The position numbers and the translations under genes are program-made. From contig CBDBFX010000002.1 of assembly GCA_965205205.1 (NCBI GenBank), forward strand, positions 1,821,506 through 1,885,505: a stretch of DNA of 64,000 nucleotides, in the 5' to 3' direction. Source of the stretch: Arenicellales bacterium (GTDB lineage Bacteria; Pseudomonadota; Gammaproteobacteria; Arenicellales; JAJDZL01). The notes under the pieces were generated by a model, which was given only the letters and a program-made list of their open reading frames with translations, did no database searches and was not told where the DNA came from. This document shows positions 37,011-47,900 of this stretch, in pieces. Positions within the stretch are counted from its first letter, which is position 1; the number at the start of each line of letters is the position of its first letter.

Positions 37011-38195
37011 TCAGCGCCGAATGACGCCGATAGCGGTGGCTTCGCCACCGCCGATGCACAATGAGGCGACTCCGCGCCTGCAGTCATAACGTTCCATCGC
37101 CGAGATCAGGGTAACCAGTATCCGCGTTCCCGATGCACCGACCGGATGGCCGAGCGCGCAGGCTCCGCCATGCACGTTGACTCGTTCATGTGGAATATTC
37201 AGACTGTGCATGGCGGCCATGGTGACGACCGCGAATGCCTCATTGATTTCAAATAGATCGACATCATCGACAGACCACTTGAGCTGTTCCAGCAGCTTCT
37301 TGATTGCACCAATGGGTGCGGTCGGAAAAAGATTGGGTTCGGCGGCATGGGTTGCATGGCCGACAAGGTGCGCGCGAGTCTTTTTTCCCCGCCGCTCCGC
37401 TTCGGCCTCGGCCATTAAGATCATGGTCGCACCACCATCGGAAATCGAACTCGAATTCGCCGCCGTAACGCTGCCATCCCGTCGAAAAGCCGGCTTGAGA
37501 AAAGGAATTTTTTCTGAATTGGTGGTTTCCGGCTGCTCATCGGTCGCAACTTCACAGGTATTTTTTCTCGTTGGCACCTGTACGGGAGTGATTTCATTTT
37601 TGAAGGTGCCGTTCTCGGTTGCTTTCTGCGCTCTAGTGAGAGATTCAATGGCGAATTCGTCCTGCGCCTGCCGGCTGAACCGATAAGCTTGCGCACAATC
37701 TTCCGCAAACTGTCCCATCAGCGTTCCTTTCTGGTAGGCGTCTTCAAGTCCGTCTGCAAACATGTGATCAATCATCTGACAGTGCCCCATGCGCAGGCCC
37801 TGTCTGGCTTTCGGCAGAAGATATGGTGCATTGCTCATGCTCTCCAGGCCACCGGCCGCAACCACGGAATTGGTACCTGCGACGATGGAATCAAATCCGA
37901 GCATGACCGTTTTCATACCGGAACCGCACATCTTGTTCACGGTTGTGCAACCGACCGATTGTGGAACGCCGGCTGCCAGCGCGGCCTGTCGGGCCGGTGC
38001 CTGGCCGATACCCGCTGGCAGTACGCATCCCATCAGTACTTCATCAACATCCGCGCCCGATATGCCAGAATCCTCAAGGGCGGCCTTAATGGATGCAGCT
38101 CCCAATGCTGGTGCCGAGAGTGGTGAAAGACGGCCTTGAAAACCGCCTATCGGTGTGCGCGCCAGTCCTGTAACGACAACGGCTAAATGTTTCAT
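37011..38195 (-). CDS. Acetyl-CoA C-acetyltransferase (thiolase II)
   Basis: The product starts MKHLAVVVTGLARTPIGGFQG, has the active-site context VNKMCGSGMK, and ends GGACALGHPVGASGTRIL ... CIGGGEA. Confidence 0.9.
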   Translation of the reverse strand: MKHLAVVVTGLARTPIGGFQGRLSPLSAPALGAASIKAALEDSGISGADVDEVLMGCVLPAGIGQAPARQAALAAGVPQSVGCTTVNKMCGSGMKTVMLGFDSIVAGTNSVVAAGGLESMSNAPYLLPKARQGLRMGHCQMIDHMFADGLEDAYQKGTLMGQFAEDCAQAYRFSRQAQDEFAIESLTRAQKATENGTFKNEITPVQVPTRKNTCEVATDEQPETTNSEKIPFLKPAFRRDGSVTAANSSSISDGGATMILMAEAEAERRGKKTRAHLVGHATHAAEPNLFPTAPIGAIKKLLEQLKWSVDDVDLFEINEAFAVVTMAAMHSLNIPHERVNVHGGACALGHPVGASGTRILVTLISAMERYDCRRGVASLCIGGGEATAIGVIRR

Positions 38196-38226
38196 TGGAT
38201 TGGTTCTGCCATCGATCATAGGTCCA

Positions 38227-39399
38227 TCAAGATGTTTCGGCGAACAGTTCCCGGCCGATCAGCATGCGTCGAATTTCGCTGGTGCCGGCACCGATTTCAT
38301 AAAGTTTGGCATCCCGCAGCAGGCGGCCGGTCGGCATATCGTTAATGTAGCCCATCGCACCGAGCGTCTGAATGGCTTCGAGCGCACACTCAGTGGCTTT
38401 TTCCGCGGTAAATAGAATCACCGCCGCGGCGTCTTTACGCGTTGTTTCATTTCTGTCGCAGGCTCTGGCAACGGTGTACGCGTATGCGCGCGACGCATTC
38501 AATGCCGCATACATGTCCGCTAGTTTTCCCTGAATAAACTGAAACTCACCGATTTTTTTACCAAACTGCCGGCGCTCATGAATGTATGGCAGGACAACAT
38601 CAAAGCAGGCCTGCATGATGCCAAGCGGGCCGCCTGCCAGCACCACTCTTTCGTAATCGAGGCCGCTCATCAGCACCTGAACACCACCACCGATTTCGCC
38701 AAGCACGTTTTCTTCCGGCACGCGGCAGTCACGAAAAATCAGCTCACAGGTGTTGGACCCACGCATACCCAGTTTGTCAAGTTTCTGAGCGGTCGAAAAG
38801 CCCTCGAATTCCCGCTCAATCAGGAATGCAGTAATACCGCGGCTACCCGCGCGCGGGTCGGTTTTTGCATAAACCACAAGCACGTCGGCATCAGGGCCAT
38901 TGGTGATCCACATTTTATTCCCGTTCAATACGAAGTGATCGTCTTCCGCTATCGCCTCCAGGCGCATGCTGACGACATCGGAACCGGAATTTGGCTCTGT
39001 CATTGCGAGTGCCCCGACATGTTCGCCACTGATCAGTTTAGGCAGATACTGCTGCTTCTGCTGATCGGTACCATTGCGATAGATCTGGTTGACTGCGAGA
39101 TTCGAGTGTGCGCCATAAGACAGACCAACTGAGGCCGAGGCGCGGCTGATTTCTTCCATGGCGACGACATGTTCCAGATACCCCATGCCGGAACCGCCAT
39201 ACTGTTCGCTGACTGTGATTCCCAACAGACCGATCTCACCCATCGCCTGCCACAGGTGAAGGGGAAACTCGTTGCGCTGATCGATTTCCGCCGCCAGTGG
39301 CGCGATCTGTCGCTGTGCGAATTCCTGGACACTTGACCGTAGCAGGTCCACCGTATTCCCCAATCCAAAATTCAGTGTGGCGTGTTGTAAGCCCATCAA
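38227..39399 (-). CDS. liuA: Isovaleryl-CoA dehydrogenase
   Basis: 390-aa acyl-CoA dehydrogenase fold with the IVD-like N-terminus [38 protein letters not shown] and a C-terminal [12 protein letters not shown]. It is the first gene of the liu operon. Confidence 0.85.
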   Translation of the reverse strand: MMGLQHATLNFGLGNTVDLLRSSVQEFAQRQIAPLAAEIDQRNEFPLHLWQAMGEIGLLGITVSEQYGGSGMGYLEHVVAMEEISRASASVGLSYGAHSNLAVNQIYRNGTDQQKQQYLPKLISGEHVGALAMTEPNSGSDVVSMRLEAIAEDDHFVLNGNKMWITNGPDADVLVVYAKTDPRAGSRGITAFLIEREFEGFSTAQKLDKLGMRGSNTCELIFRDCRVPEENVLGEIGGGVQVLMSGLDYERVVLAGGPLGIMQACFDVVLPYIHERRQFGKKIGEFQFIQGKLADMYAALNASRAYAYTVARACDRNETTRKDAAAVILFTAEKATECALEAIQTLGAMGYINDMPTGRLLRDAKLYEIGAGTSEIRRMLIGRELFAETS

Positions 39400-40402
39400 T
39401 CCCCACTGGCTGCCGTAGTCCCGTAAAGCGTCATCAGATTAAATTCGCAGTCGCGTGGGAATTGGAGAACGCCGCGATCATTGCGACGATTTCATGTAAC
39501 TGACCACACATGAATTCCAGATTCCCATTCATTCAGTTCTCCAATATTTCGATGTGCGTATGGCAGAACATTATAGATGCTGGACCGGCTCCGTTGATTT
39601 AACAAATTCGCATATCGGTGGTTCATCGATTCACCTCCGTTGTAGTCGTTCGGCAGATACCAGCAGGCAGGTAAATTCTGAGATTGAGAATGTGGAGCGA
39701 GTCGGTCCGTCTGCAGACTCAACTACGAATTGACACGGTGAAGGATAATGACGTAACCTGCGCGGGGAGTAATCGTGATGGAGATTTCTGGGTCGGATTC
39801 GTCTGCGGGCCCGGTGTTCAGATCACTTTCAATCGTTGAATTGACTTGGCTGAAGTCAGGCGAAGATTGCTAAACGCGGCGACGGGCAATCGAAGTCGCT
39901 CAGACCCCATGCAGACGAAAATCGCCTCAGGAAAACTCCCAGCTCATCATCGGTGTCGGCACGCTGGCCGGTAAGATGTCGATACATCCATTGGCATCTT
40001 CACGGTCTTGGACTATTCATGGTGATTGCACACCAGAGTCGGTCCGCGGATTCTCAATTTGATACCTGCGCCTGAATTTGGCAGACCATGGGCTCTCCAA
40101 GCAATGGTTGACATGTTCGAAAATTCAGACCGGTATTCTTGAATTAATCAAGGTGATGGAGTCTCTGCTTCTGACTATCGGCGCACAGTAATGTCACGAA
40201 TTGATGAGGTGGTTATTGGGCACCATAAAATTGGAACTCGAACTGAAGAAATCAACTTTCCGCTGTGTGGTAATGATGGCGGGGAAATTTCATCTGTGTG
40301 GGGTGTACGCGTCCACAATTCGTAGGTGTCTGCGATGAACGATTGATCCAGCCATCCAATCGAATGGATATCTCTAACGATCAGTCGTAAGACAATGCGG
40401 TG

Positions 40403-40864
40403 TCAATCGCTTTGTGAGCGGATGCAGATCGTGGTCTGCTGAACAATCGCACAGAGCGTGGGCTGACCACCGTTTAGGCAATTCACCTCAACGGTTGCGA
40501 CAGTCAGGGTTTTACCAGCCTTGACAACTGATGCTTCAGCTGAAAGAAGGTCTCCACTTGCCGGTGACAGTAGATTGATCTTGAATTCGACTGTCAGTAT
40601 GCGGCTGCCCGCTGGCATAAGAGAATAAGCAGCATAACCACCCGCAGAATCCGCAATCGTGCTGGTCGCACCGGCATGAAAATAGCCATCCTGCTGTGTC
40701 AGTTGCGATTTAAACGGCAACTCGATTACGCAGAACCCGGGTTTGATGGTTCGCATCGATGCGCCTAGCAGATGCATGATGCCCTGGCTTTTGAAACTGG
40801 ATCTCGCATCCACCTCATAGTTTGAATGGATTGGGGTAAACGGGAGTTTGGGTGTAGGTTTCAT
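40403..40864 (-). CDS. PaaI-family hotdog-fold thioesterase
   Basis: 153 aa with GYFHAGATSTIADSAGGYAAY and a hotdog-fold layout, matching the TIGR00369-type 'uncharacterized domain 1'. Confidence 0.7.
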   Translation of the reverse strand: MKPTPKLPFTPIHSNYEVDARSSFKSQGIMHLLGASMRTIKPGFCVIELPFKSQLTQQDGYFHAGATSTIADSAGGYAAYSLMPAGSRILTVEFKINLLSPASGDLLSAEASVVKAGKTLTVATVEVNCLNGGQPTLCAIVQQTTICIRSQSD

Positions 40865-41020
40865 GGTGATGTTCGTCGTCTGGTATGTAACTGCCGTCAG
40901 TGGCCATCTGAGGCGCGGATCAGACCATATCGTCGCAATAATCTGAAAACGTCAGGCGGCCGACAATTAAAATCTCATTCATGTGTTCCGCGACAATTAT
41001 CCAACAATCCGCGCCAAGTT

Positions 41021-42106
41021 TTATGGAAGCCGTTGCCGGGCGTCATCCCATAGACGTCCGACCAGGTCGCCAGCCGGTTCCGAACGCGCCAGATAGCCGG
41101 ACTGCCCACTCCATGCCTGCATTCCCGCCAGCGTGTTCCCGCGTCGCGATTCGGCTGTCATGATGGCCGTCAGTTGACGCTGAATGGGATAGGGTGCTGG
41201 CTCCGGTGCATCGGCTGATACGGCGGCCTTGGCGTACTCGGTGACGAGCGAGCGGCCCAACCGTCCCGTAAACGCCCGCGTGAGGATCGTCTGGCTTGGA
41301 ACTGCCGTGCTGAGAGCCGCGGACCACGCAGATGGGATGGCCGCTTCAGGCGTTCGCAGAAACCCTGTTCCGATCTGTACGGCAGACGCCCCAAGCGTAA
41401 TCGCGGCGGCGATGCCACGGCCGTCTGCAATGCCGCCGGTGGCTACCACAGGAACATCCACCGCGTCGACGATTGCCGGCAAAAGGGAGATCAGACCCGC
41501 TGCAGATCGCTCGGCTTCCTCAGCGGCAAACGTACCCCGATGTCCCCCAGCTTCAGTCCCCTGTGCAACAATGACATCGGCACCCTGATGAACAGCCAGC
41601 TTCGCTTCATCAACGGTAGTTGCGGTTGCGAGCCATGGGATGCTGGCGGATTTCATACGATTGATGGCTGTTTCCGTGTAAACGCCCATGATCGAAGATA
41701 TGGCAGTCGGCTGAACTTCAAGCATCGCTTCAAACTGCGCTTCAAAGTCGGGCGAACGGGTTGCCTTCTCAATGGGACTGCTGTCAGCTCGCCAACGGGC
41801 AATGAAATTCCGTATTTCACTTTCATGTTTTTCATTGCGAACTGGCGCCGGATCAGGTATCCAGTTGTTCATCTGGAAGGCGCCGTTGGACTGCGATCGA
41901 AACTCGGATGCCCATTTGATGATGTCAGGCGGCTGCATCAGCAATATGCCGCAGGCACCCAGACCTCCCTCATTCGCGATGGCACTTGACAGGGAAACAG
42001 GACAGGCACCGGCCATTGGTGCCAGGAGGATGGGAATCGAAAGATCCAGGCGATCGCAGATTCGATCGATTCTGTCCTTCCACGACTGATTGGTTGGCAT
42101 GTTCAA
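41021..42106 (-). CDS. Nitronate monooxygenase (NMO / 2-nitropropane dioxygenase family, FMN)
   Basis: 361 aa with PILLAPMAGACPVSLSSAIANEGGLGACG and VATGGIADGRGIAAAITLGASAVQIGTGF. Confidence 0.8.
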   Translation of the reverse strand: MNMPTNQSWKDRIDRICDRLDLSIPILLAPMAGACPVSLSSAIANEGGLGACGILLMQPPDIIKWASEFRSQSNGAFQMNNWIPDPAPVRNEKHESEIRNFIARWRADSSPIEKATRSPDFEAQFEAMLEVQPTAISSIMGVYTETAINRMKSASIPWLATATTVDEAKLAVHQGADVIVAQGTEAGGHRGTFAAEEAERSAAGLISLLPAIVDAVDVPVVATGGIADGRGIAAAITLGASAVQIGTGFLRTPEAAIPSAWSAALSTAVPSQTILTRAFTGRLGRSLVTEYAKAAVSADAPEPAPYPIQRQLTAIMTAESRRGNTLAGMQAWSGQSGYLARSEPAGDLVGRLWDDARQRLP

Positions 42107-42777
42107 CTATTTCGATTTTGTTGGTTCGAGTTCAAGATTATCTTTCTTTCTGTAGTTCCGATGGCGAATAACTGAACTATCAATTCTCAAAAAATCGCAT
42201 CTTCCAACCTGACATCATATTATCAGACACTTACGTTTTCCAACCCAGTGAAAATCGATCCAAGCCTCCCATTTAAATCAATAAATGAAATATTGGCCCG
42301 CGGCCCGTTGCGCTTCCGTTATTCGACCAAAAATTCGTGTGTCGGTTTCGGTGAGTGTCCAGCAGACAATTTCAGTCCCCACCCCCGTCGGTACCAGATC
42401 CATCGCCCTGAACCGCTCTGATTTCGAGAACCACACCATTGTCGTTTCTCATCCATACTATAGTGGCTTTTCAATCAATTTCCAATTGCTCAAAATGGTG
42501 ACAGAGAAATTGCCTCAGACTTCGCGTTGATGGGATTCAGAAAATTTCGATCGTATAATGGACAATTGCAGAATTGGCAATGGTTGATTGTAAGGTGGCG
42601 GGGAGGTGTTCCCCAATATTACGAACCTGCGGTATCGGAAGTCAAATCAGCCAGTGGTGAACATTGGGACTGATGTGATTCAAAGAACATGACATGAAGA
42701 CATTAGTTGAACGATCGACGGCGAGCGTTTTGGAGTCGCCATAACCGCTTACCGATGCCGAATGGAGGATACGAAAG

Positions 42778-44247
42778 ATGAACGCAGACATTGATACAGT
42801 CGGTATGGAACACAATCCATTCCGCCCCGGAACCGGCGTCGCCCCGCCGTTGCTGGTCGGTCGTGAGGACCTCAAACGCAGGGCGTTGAGCCTGCTGACC
42901 GACATCGCCGCCGGGCGATGCAACCCGACGGCACTGCAGCTCGAGGGGCCCCGCGGCTGTGGCAAGACAGTCATGCTTGACTGGATGGAGAAAGAGGCAC
43001 AGAAGAAGGAGCTTTCCATCATCGCGTTGCCCAAGCAGGCGTTTGGTAGTGACGACACGCTGGCTGGCGTGTTGCGCTGGCTGCGGGAGAGCCTGTCCCG
43101 CATGGGTCGGGTGAACCTGCACCTAAATGGTGAGGTGGACATCGCCGGCATCAAGGCGTCCGCCGGTGTGGGCGACAAGAATGATTCGGGTGCGTCGCGG
43201 TCGACCGTCATTTCGGAGTTGAGTGCGCTGGCCCGCCAGCGGGCGCTGTTGATCGTTGACGAGGCGCATGGTCTGCCGGCCGATGTTGCCGGGCGCTGGT
43301 ATGACACCTATCAGCTGGTGGCGCGACGACATCCGCTTTTGCTGGTGATTGCCGGCACACCGGACCTGACCCGGGCGCTCGGCCGGTCGGGGTCGTCGTT
43401 TACTGAACGGTTCGACATCTGGCTGGTTGGTCGGCTCAGCCGCGAGGAGTCGCAGCGGGCGTTGACCGAGCCGTTCGCTGATCGGGTGCGTTTTGAGGCT
43501 GATGCTCTGTCGGCGGTGCTTGATGAGGCGCAGGATTATCCCTATTTCATCCAGGTGTGGGGACGGGCGCTGTGGGATGTGGTGGCCGCCTCCGGCAGGG
43601 CCGTGATCGGTCGGTCGGAGGTGGCGTTGGCGGCGACGGCGGCGACGCAGGCGCGGCAGGCACTCTATCGACGGCGGGTGGATGAGATTAAGCTGGGAGG
43701 CATGCAGACCGCCATTGCCGAGATGGTGTTCGAGATTGAGAGAGATGGTGGTGCCGACAACTTGAGCCTGCCGACGGCGGCGGGGAGAATCGTTGCCAGA
43801 TCGGGTGGTAACGCGGTGACGGTTGAGGAGCGGCTGTTGCATACGGGATTTTTGTGGGAAGCGGACTTCGGCGAGTGGGAGTATGGCATACCGAGCCTTG
43901 CCGACCATGTTCGCAGAATGGCGGTGCAGGACACCGTCAAGGCCGTTGCCAGGTCTGGTGTCAGTGCTGAATTGGAGAAGTTGTTGGAGATTCTACCCAA
44001 CCCGCAGTTTGCCACTGAGACCGAGTTACTGGAGGATCTTGCGATGAATGGGCAAAGCGAACGAGACGCGAAAGCTGCATTGAACGAGTTACAGAATATC
44101 GGGCTCTTGCTTCCAGTGGGGGACCGGGAGGGCAATTTCAAAGTCTACGCTCCGTTGCTGTCCCGGCGGGTGCTGGTAGAGATGGAGAAGATGAAAATCA
44201 CTGATGGTCATCACCGGGCGACGCCCAATCTGCATGGCACTACTTAA
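42778..44247 (+). CDS. Orphan AAA+ ATPase (Orc1/Cdc6- or STAND-like, ATPase_2/AAA_16 type) with a C-terminal helical/wHTH-like region
   Basis: A strong SD (GGAGGA) lies 8 nt upstream of the ATG. The product has NPFRPGTGVAPPLLVGRE, then Walker A GPRGCGKT and Walker B LLIVDEAH, and later YPYFIQVWG. The body is visibly GC-rich (41 of 60 in one hand-counted sample) compared with its neighbours. Confidence 0.7.
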   Translation: MNADIDTVGMEHNPFRPGTGVAPPLLVGREDLKRRALSLLTDIAAGRCNPTALQLEGPRGCGKTVMLDWMEKEAQKKELSIIALPKQAFGSDDTLAGVLRWLRESLSRMGRVNLHLNGEVDIAGIKASAGVGDKNDSGASRSTVISELSALARQRALLIVDEAHGLPADVAGRWYDTYQLVARRHPLLLVIAGTPDLTRALGRSGSSFTERFDIWLVGRLSREESQRALTEPFADRVRFEADALSAVLDEAQDYPYFIQVWGRALWDVVAASGRAVIGRSEVALAATAATQARQALYRRRVDEIKLGGMQTAIAEMVFEIERDGGADNLSLPTAAGRIVARSGGNAVTVEERLLHTGFLWEADFGEWEYGIPSLADHVRRMAVQDTVKAVARSGVSAELEKLLEILPNPQFATETELLEDLAMNGQSERDAKAALNELQNIGLLLPVGDREGNFKVYAPLLSRRVLVEMEKMKITDGHHRATPNLHGTT

Positions 44248-44255
44248 AGCTTTCA

Positions 44256-44745
44256 TTGGATGCTATATTTGGAAGTGACAATTTTCGGATCGAAATTATC
44301 TGGTGCTATAGCCAATCTTCCGCGCCCAACAAAAATGGTTGTCTCGCGTGCGTGATACAGTTTTTGGTATTCAGTTGGAAACTCATGGATGTTATGTTCT
44401 CGATACCATTCGCCAACCATATGCTGAATCCAGCCGCAGATGTGAAGAATATTCAGTCGCGGCATCGAAAATTGCTGCAGGAACTGTACAGCCTGGTTCG
44501 AAGGGGATGTTTCCAGAGAGCTGGTTTATTGTGACTGCGATCACCATGAAAATCATTCGGGAATATAGTAACGGCGCAACGAACTGAGCACAGCCGCGCA
44601 TATCCATATAGTTTCGAAGCGACGACGTCGCAATCAGGGTGAGCAGGACCCATTCGCGAAGATCAGGCGACTCGCAGACCAGCAAGTGCCGGTGGCGACC
44701 TGCCCAGTCCCAATATGACTGAAAAATACAGGACGATCGTACCCT
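44256..44745 (+). pseudogene. 5'-truncated, frameshifted N6/N4 DNA methyltransferase remnant (PF01555-like)
   Basis: The motifs appear in the correct order but across three frames: LDAIFGSDNFRIEIIWCY, then SRVRDTVFGIQ...YVLDTIRQPY, then GMFPESW, then NQGEQDPFA (compare GDxVLDPFxGSG). The N-terminal DPPY region is absent, and the remnant begins 9 nt after the ATPase stop. Confidence 0.5.
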
Positions 44746-44929
44746 CACTTTCGGTTGTTGACAGCTGCATATCCGTGATCAGAGCAGCGAAAAGGCCATA
44801 TTTCAATGGGAAAATTGGTAATAGCTCTGCAGTCTGTTAAAATAAGCAGGCTCAGAAACCACTTTCATGGATCATCTACATACTATTTGTGGTTTCAGCG
44901 TCGGTTACTTCAATTAGAAAATATCAGCC

Positions 44930-47900
44930 ATGGCGACAGCTGTCGAAAATCTAAGCATCCCCCACAATCAGCCGGTTGATGGTCGTCCTTTGCGATTTCT
45001 GACCGCGACCAGTCTGTTCGACGGTCATGATGCGGCGATCAATGTAATGCGACGAATTCTGCAGAGTTCCGGTGCTGAGGTCATTCACCTGGGACACAAC
45101 CGATCGGTGCGTGAAGTGGTGCGAGCCGCAGTCCATGAAGATGTGGATGGTATTGCCGTGAGTTCCTATCAGGGTGGCCACATTGAATATTTCAGGTACA
45201 TTCTGGATATGCTTGAGCAATACGGCCGCCGCGATATTCGCGTTTTTGGAGGAGGAGGTGGTGTCATTGTTGAGCACGAGATCAAGCAGTTGCATCAGTA
45301 TGGTGTGGCGCGGATATTCTCACCGGCAGATGGGCAGCAGATCGGTCTACAGGGAATGATTGATGTGATGCTCGATAGCTGTCGCACAAAGCCGCGAGCG
45401 GACAGACGGTCTGCGCCTAGTGCTCTTTGCATTGACGATTTCGTTGATCTGGGGATGCTTATCAGTGGGCTTGAATCGGGTGCGTCAGTGAGCGTCGAAT
45501 TTGTGCGCCAACACGCAGGTAAGAAGAACTCCACGCCGGTACTTGGCATCACCGGTACGGGCGGGTCCGGTAAATCTTCGTTGACCGATGAGCTAGTGCG
45601 AAGAATCAGACTCTATGGTGCGGCCGACACCCGCGTCGGCATTCTTGCGGTTGATCCAACGAGGAAGAAAACGGGTGGCGCGCTACTGGGCGATCGAATT
45701 CGCATGAATGCCGCTGATTCGGATCAGATTTACTTTCGTTCCATTGCAACCCGAAACGCAAGCGGGATACCGACCTGCCTGAACGATGTCGTCAACGCCT
45801 GCAAATTATGGGGATTCGATCTGATCATTATTGAGACTCCTGGTATTGGACAGGGCGATACGGGGATCGTTCCGTATGTGGACCATACCGTTTATGTGAT
45901 GACGCCGGAATACGGGTCGGCCAGTCAGCTGGAGAAAATTGACATGTTCGACTATGCGGATCTGGTGGCCATCAACAAATTTGACTCCAGAGGTGCGGAA
46001 GACGCCTATCGCGAAGTGTGCAAGCAGGTGCAGAGAAATCAAGAAGCGTTCGATTCAGATTTCAGGGACATGCCGGTCTACGGAACCATTTCCGCCCGAT
46101 TCAATGACGATGGCGTAACGGCACTCTATCAGGCTGTTGTTGAACTTCTGGGTGTGCCGGAGAAGAATGAACGATACCCCGCGCCGGCGACGTCCAAGCT
46201 GCCATCCGAACGTACAAGCGTCATTCCCAGCGAACGCATCGGGTATTTGGCGGAAATCTCCTCAACCATCAGACACTATCGAGACCATGTCGAACTTCAG
46301 GCGCAGCTGGCGAGGGAGGTACAGCGGCTGAGCACGGCATTGGACATTGTCGAGGAATCTGGCGGTGACCAGAACGTGGCATTGCGGGAGGCGCTGGACG
46401 TCAGGCGATTGGCCATGGACGAATCCGCAGTTGAACTGCTTGCCGCATGGCCCGAACGGGTGAAGGCTTATCAGTCGGGTAACGAAGTGGATTCGACGGC
46501 CATGTATTCAGAGACCATATCGGGCACCAGGGTGGCGAAAATAGCCCTGCCGCGCTATTCCGATCACGGTGATCTCCTACAGTGGCTGCTACTGGAAAAC
46601 CTGCCTGGCCATTTTCCCTTTACAGGTGGTGTATTTGCTTTCAAGCGCGAGGACGAAGACCCCACCCGAATGTTTGCCGGGGAAGGAGGTCCGACCAAGA
46701 CCAACCGCCGCTTCAAGCTGCTGTCCAGTCACTCCGAAGCCAAGCGTCTGTCCACCGCTTTCGATTCGGTTTCGCTCTACGGCTATGATCCCGATGAGCG
46801 GCCTGACATTTACGGGAAAATTGGTAATTCAGGGGTTTCCATTGCCACACTGGATGACATGAAAGATCTCTATAGTGGGTTCGACCTGTGCAGTCCTCGA
46901 ACTTCAGTGTCAATGACCATCAACGGTCCCGCGCCGACGTACCTGGCGATGCTGCTCAATACCGCGATTGATCAGCAGTTGGATGCGTTCTCGAACGAGT
47001 ACGGTCGCGCACCAAGTGCGGAGGAAGCCGATGAGGTCAGAGCCCACACGCTGCGCAATGTGCGCGGAACGGTTCAGGCCGACATTCTAAAGGAAGATCA
47101 GGGACAGAACACCTGTATCTTTTCGACCGAATTCAGCCTGCGGCTGATGGGAGACATACAGGAATATTTCATCCGCCACGGGGTGCGGAAATTTTATTCG
47201 GTTTCCATATCGGGCTATCACATCGCCGAAGCCGGTGCGAATCCAATCTCTCAGCTTGCGTTTACGCTGGCGAACGCATTCACGTATGTGGAAATGTATC
47301 TTGCAAGAGGCATGAATATCGATGATTTCGCGTCCAATCTGTCGTTTTTCTTTTCCAATGGACTGGACGCCGAGTATACGGTCATGGGACGCGTTGCCAG
47401 GCGAATTTGGGCCGTCGCGCTGAAAGAACGATATGGTGCCAGTTCCAGAAGTCAGCGTCTGAAGTATCACATTCAGACGTCCGGTCGCTCGCTGCATGCG
47501 CAGGAGATTGATTTCAACGATATTCGCACCACGCTGCAGGCGCTGATCGCCGTCTATGATAACTGTAACAGTCTGCATACGAACGCTTTCGACGAAGCCA
47601 TTACCACGCCGACGGAAGAATCCGTGCGACGGGCGGTGGCCATCCAGCTGATCGTGAACAAAGAGTGGGGTCTGTCGCGCAACGACAATCCCAACCAAGG
47701 CAGTTTCATCCTGGAAGAATTGACGGATCTGGTTGAAGAGGCGGTGTTGTGCGAGTTTGAAGCCATCTCCAGACGGGGTGGTGTACTCGGCGCGATGGAA
47801 TCGGGCTATCAACGCGGCTGCATTCAGGATCAATCGCTTTACTATGAGCGTCTTAAACACGATGGTACACTGCCAATCGTGGGTGTGAATACCTTTTTGA

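Noticed and set aside
42642-44141. Three long minus-strand ORFs (42642..43307, 43123..43908, 43665..44141) overlapping the AAA+ ATPase gene.
   Set aside because: The products are Arg/Pro/Ser/Gly-rich and low in complexity, as expected of antisense frames in GC-rich DNA. They have no motifs or SD. The plus-strand gene has Walker A and B motifs and a strong SD.
44253-44748. Minus-strand ORFs 44253..44465 (70 aa) and 44392..44748 (118 aa).
   Set aside because: The plus strand of the same DNA carries ordered methyltransferase motifs across frames (a pseudogene). The minus-strand products show no recognisable features.
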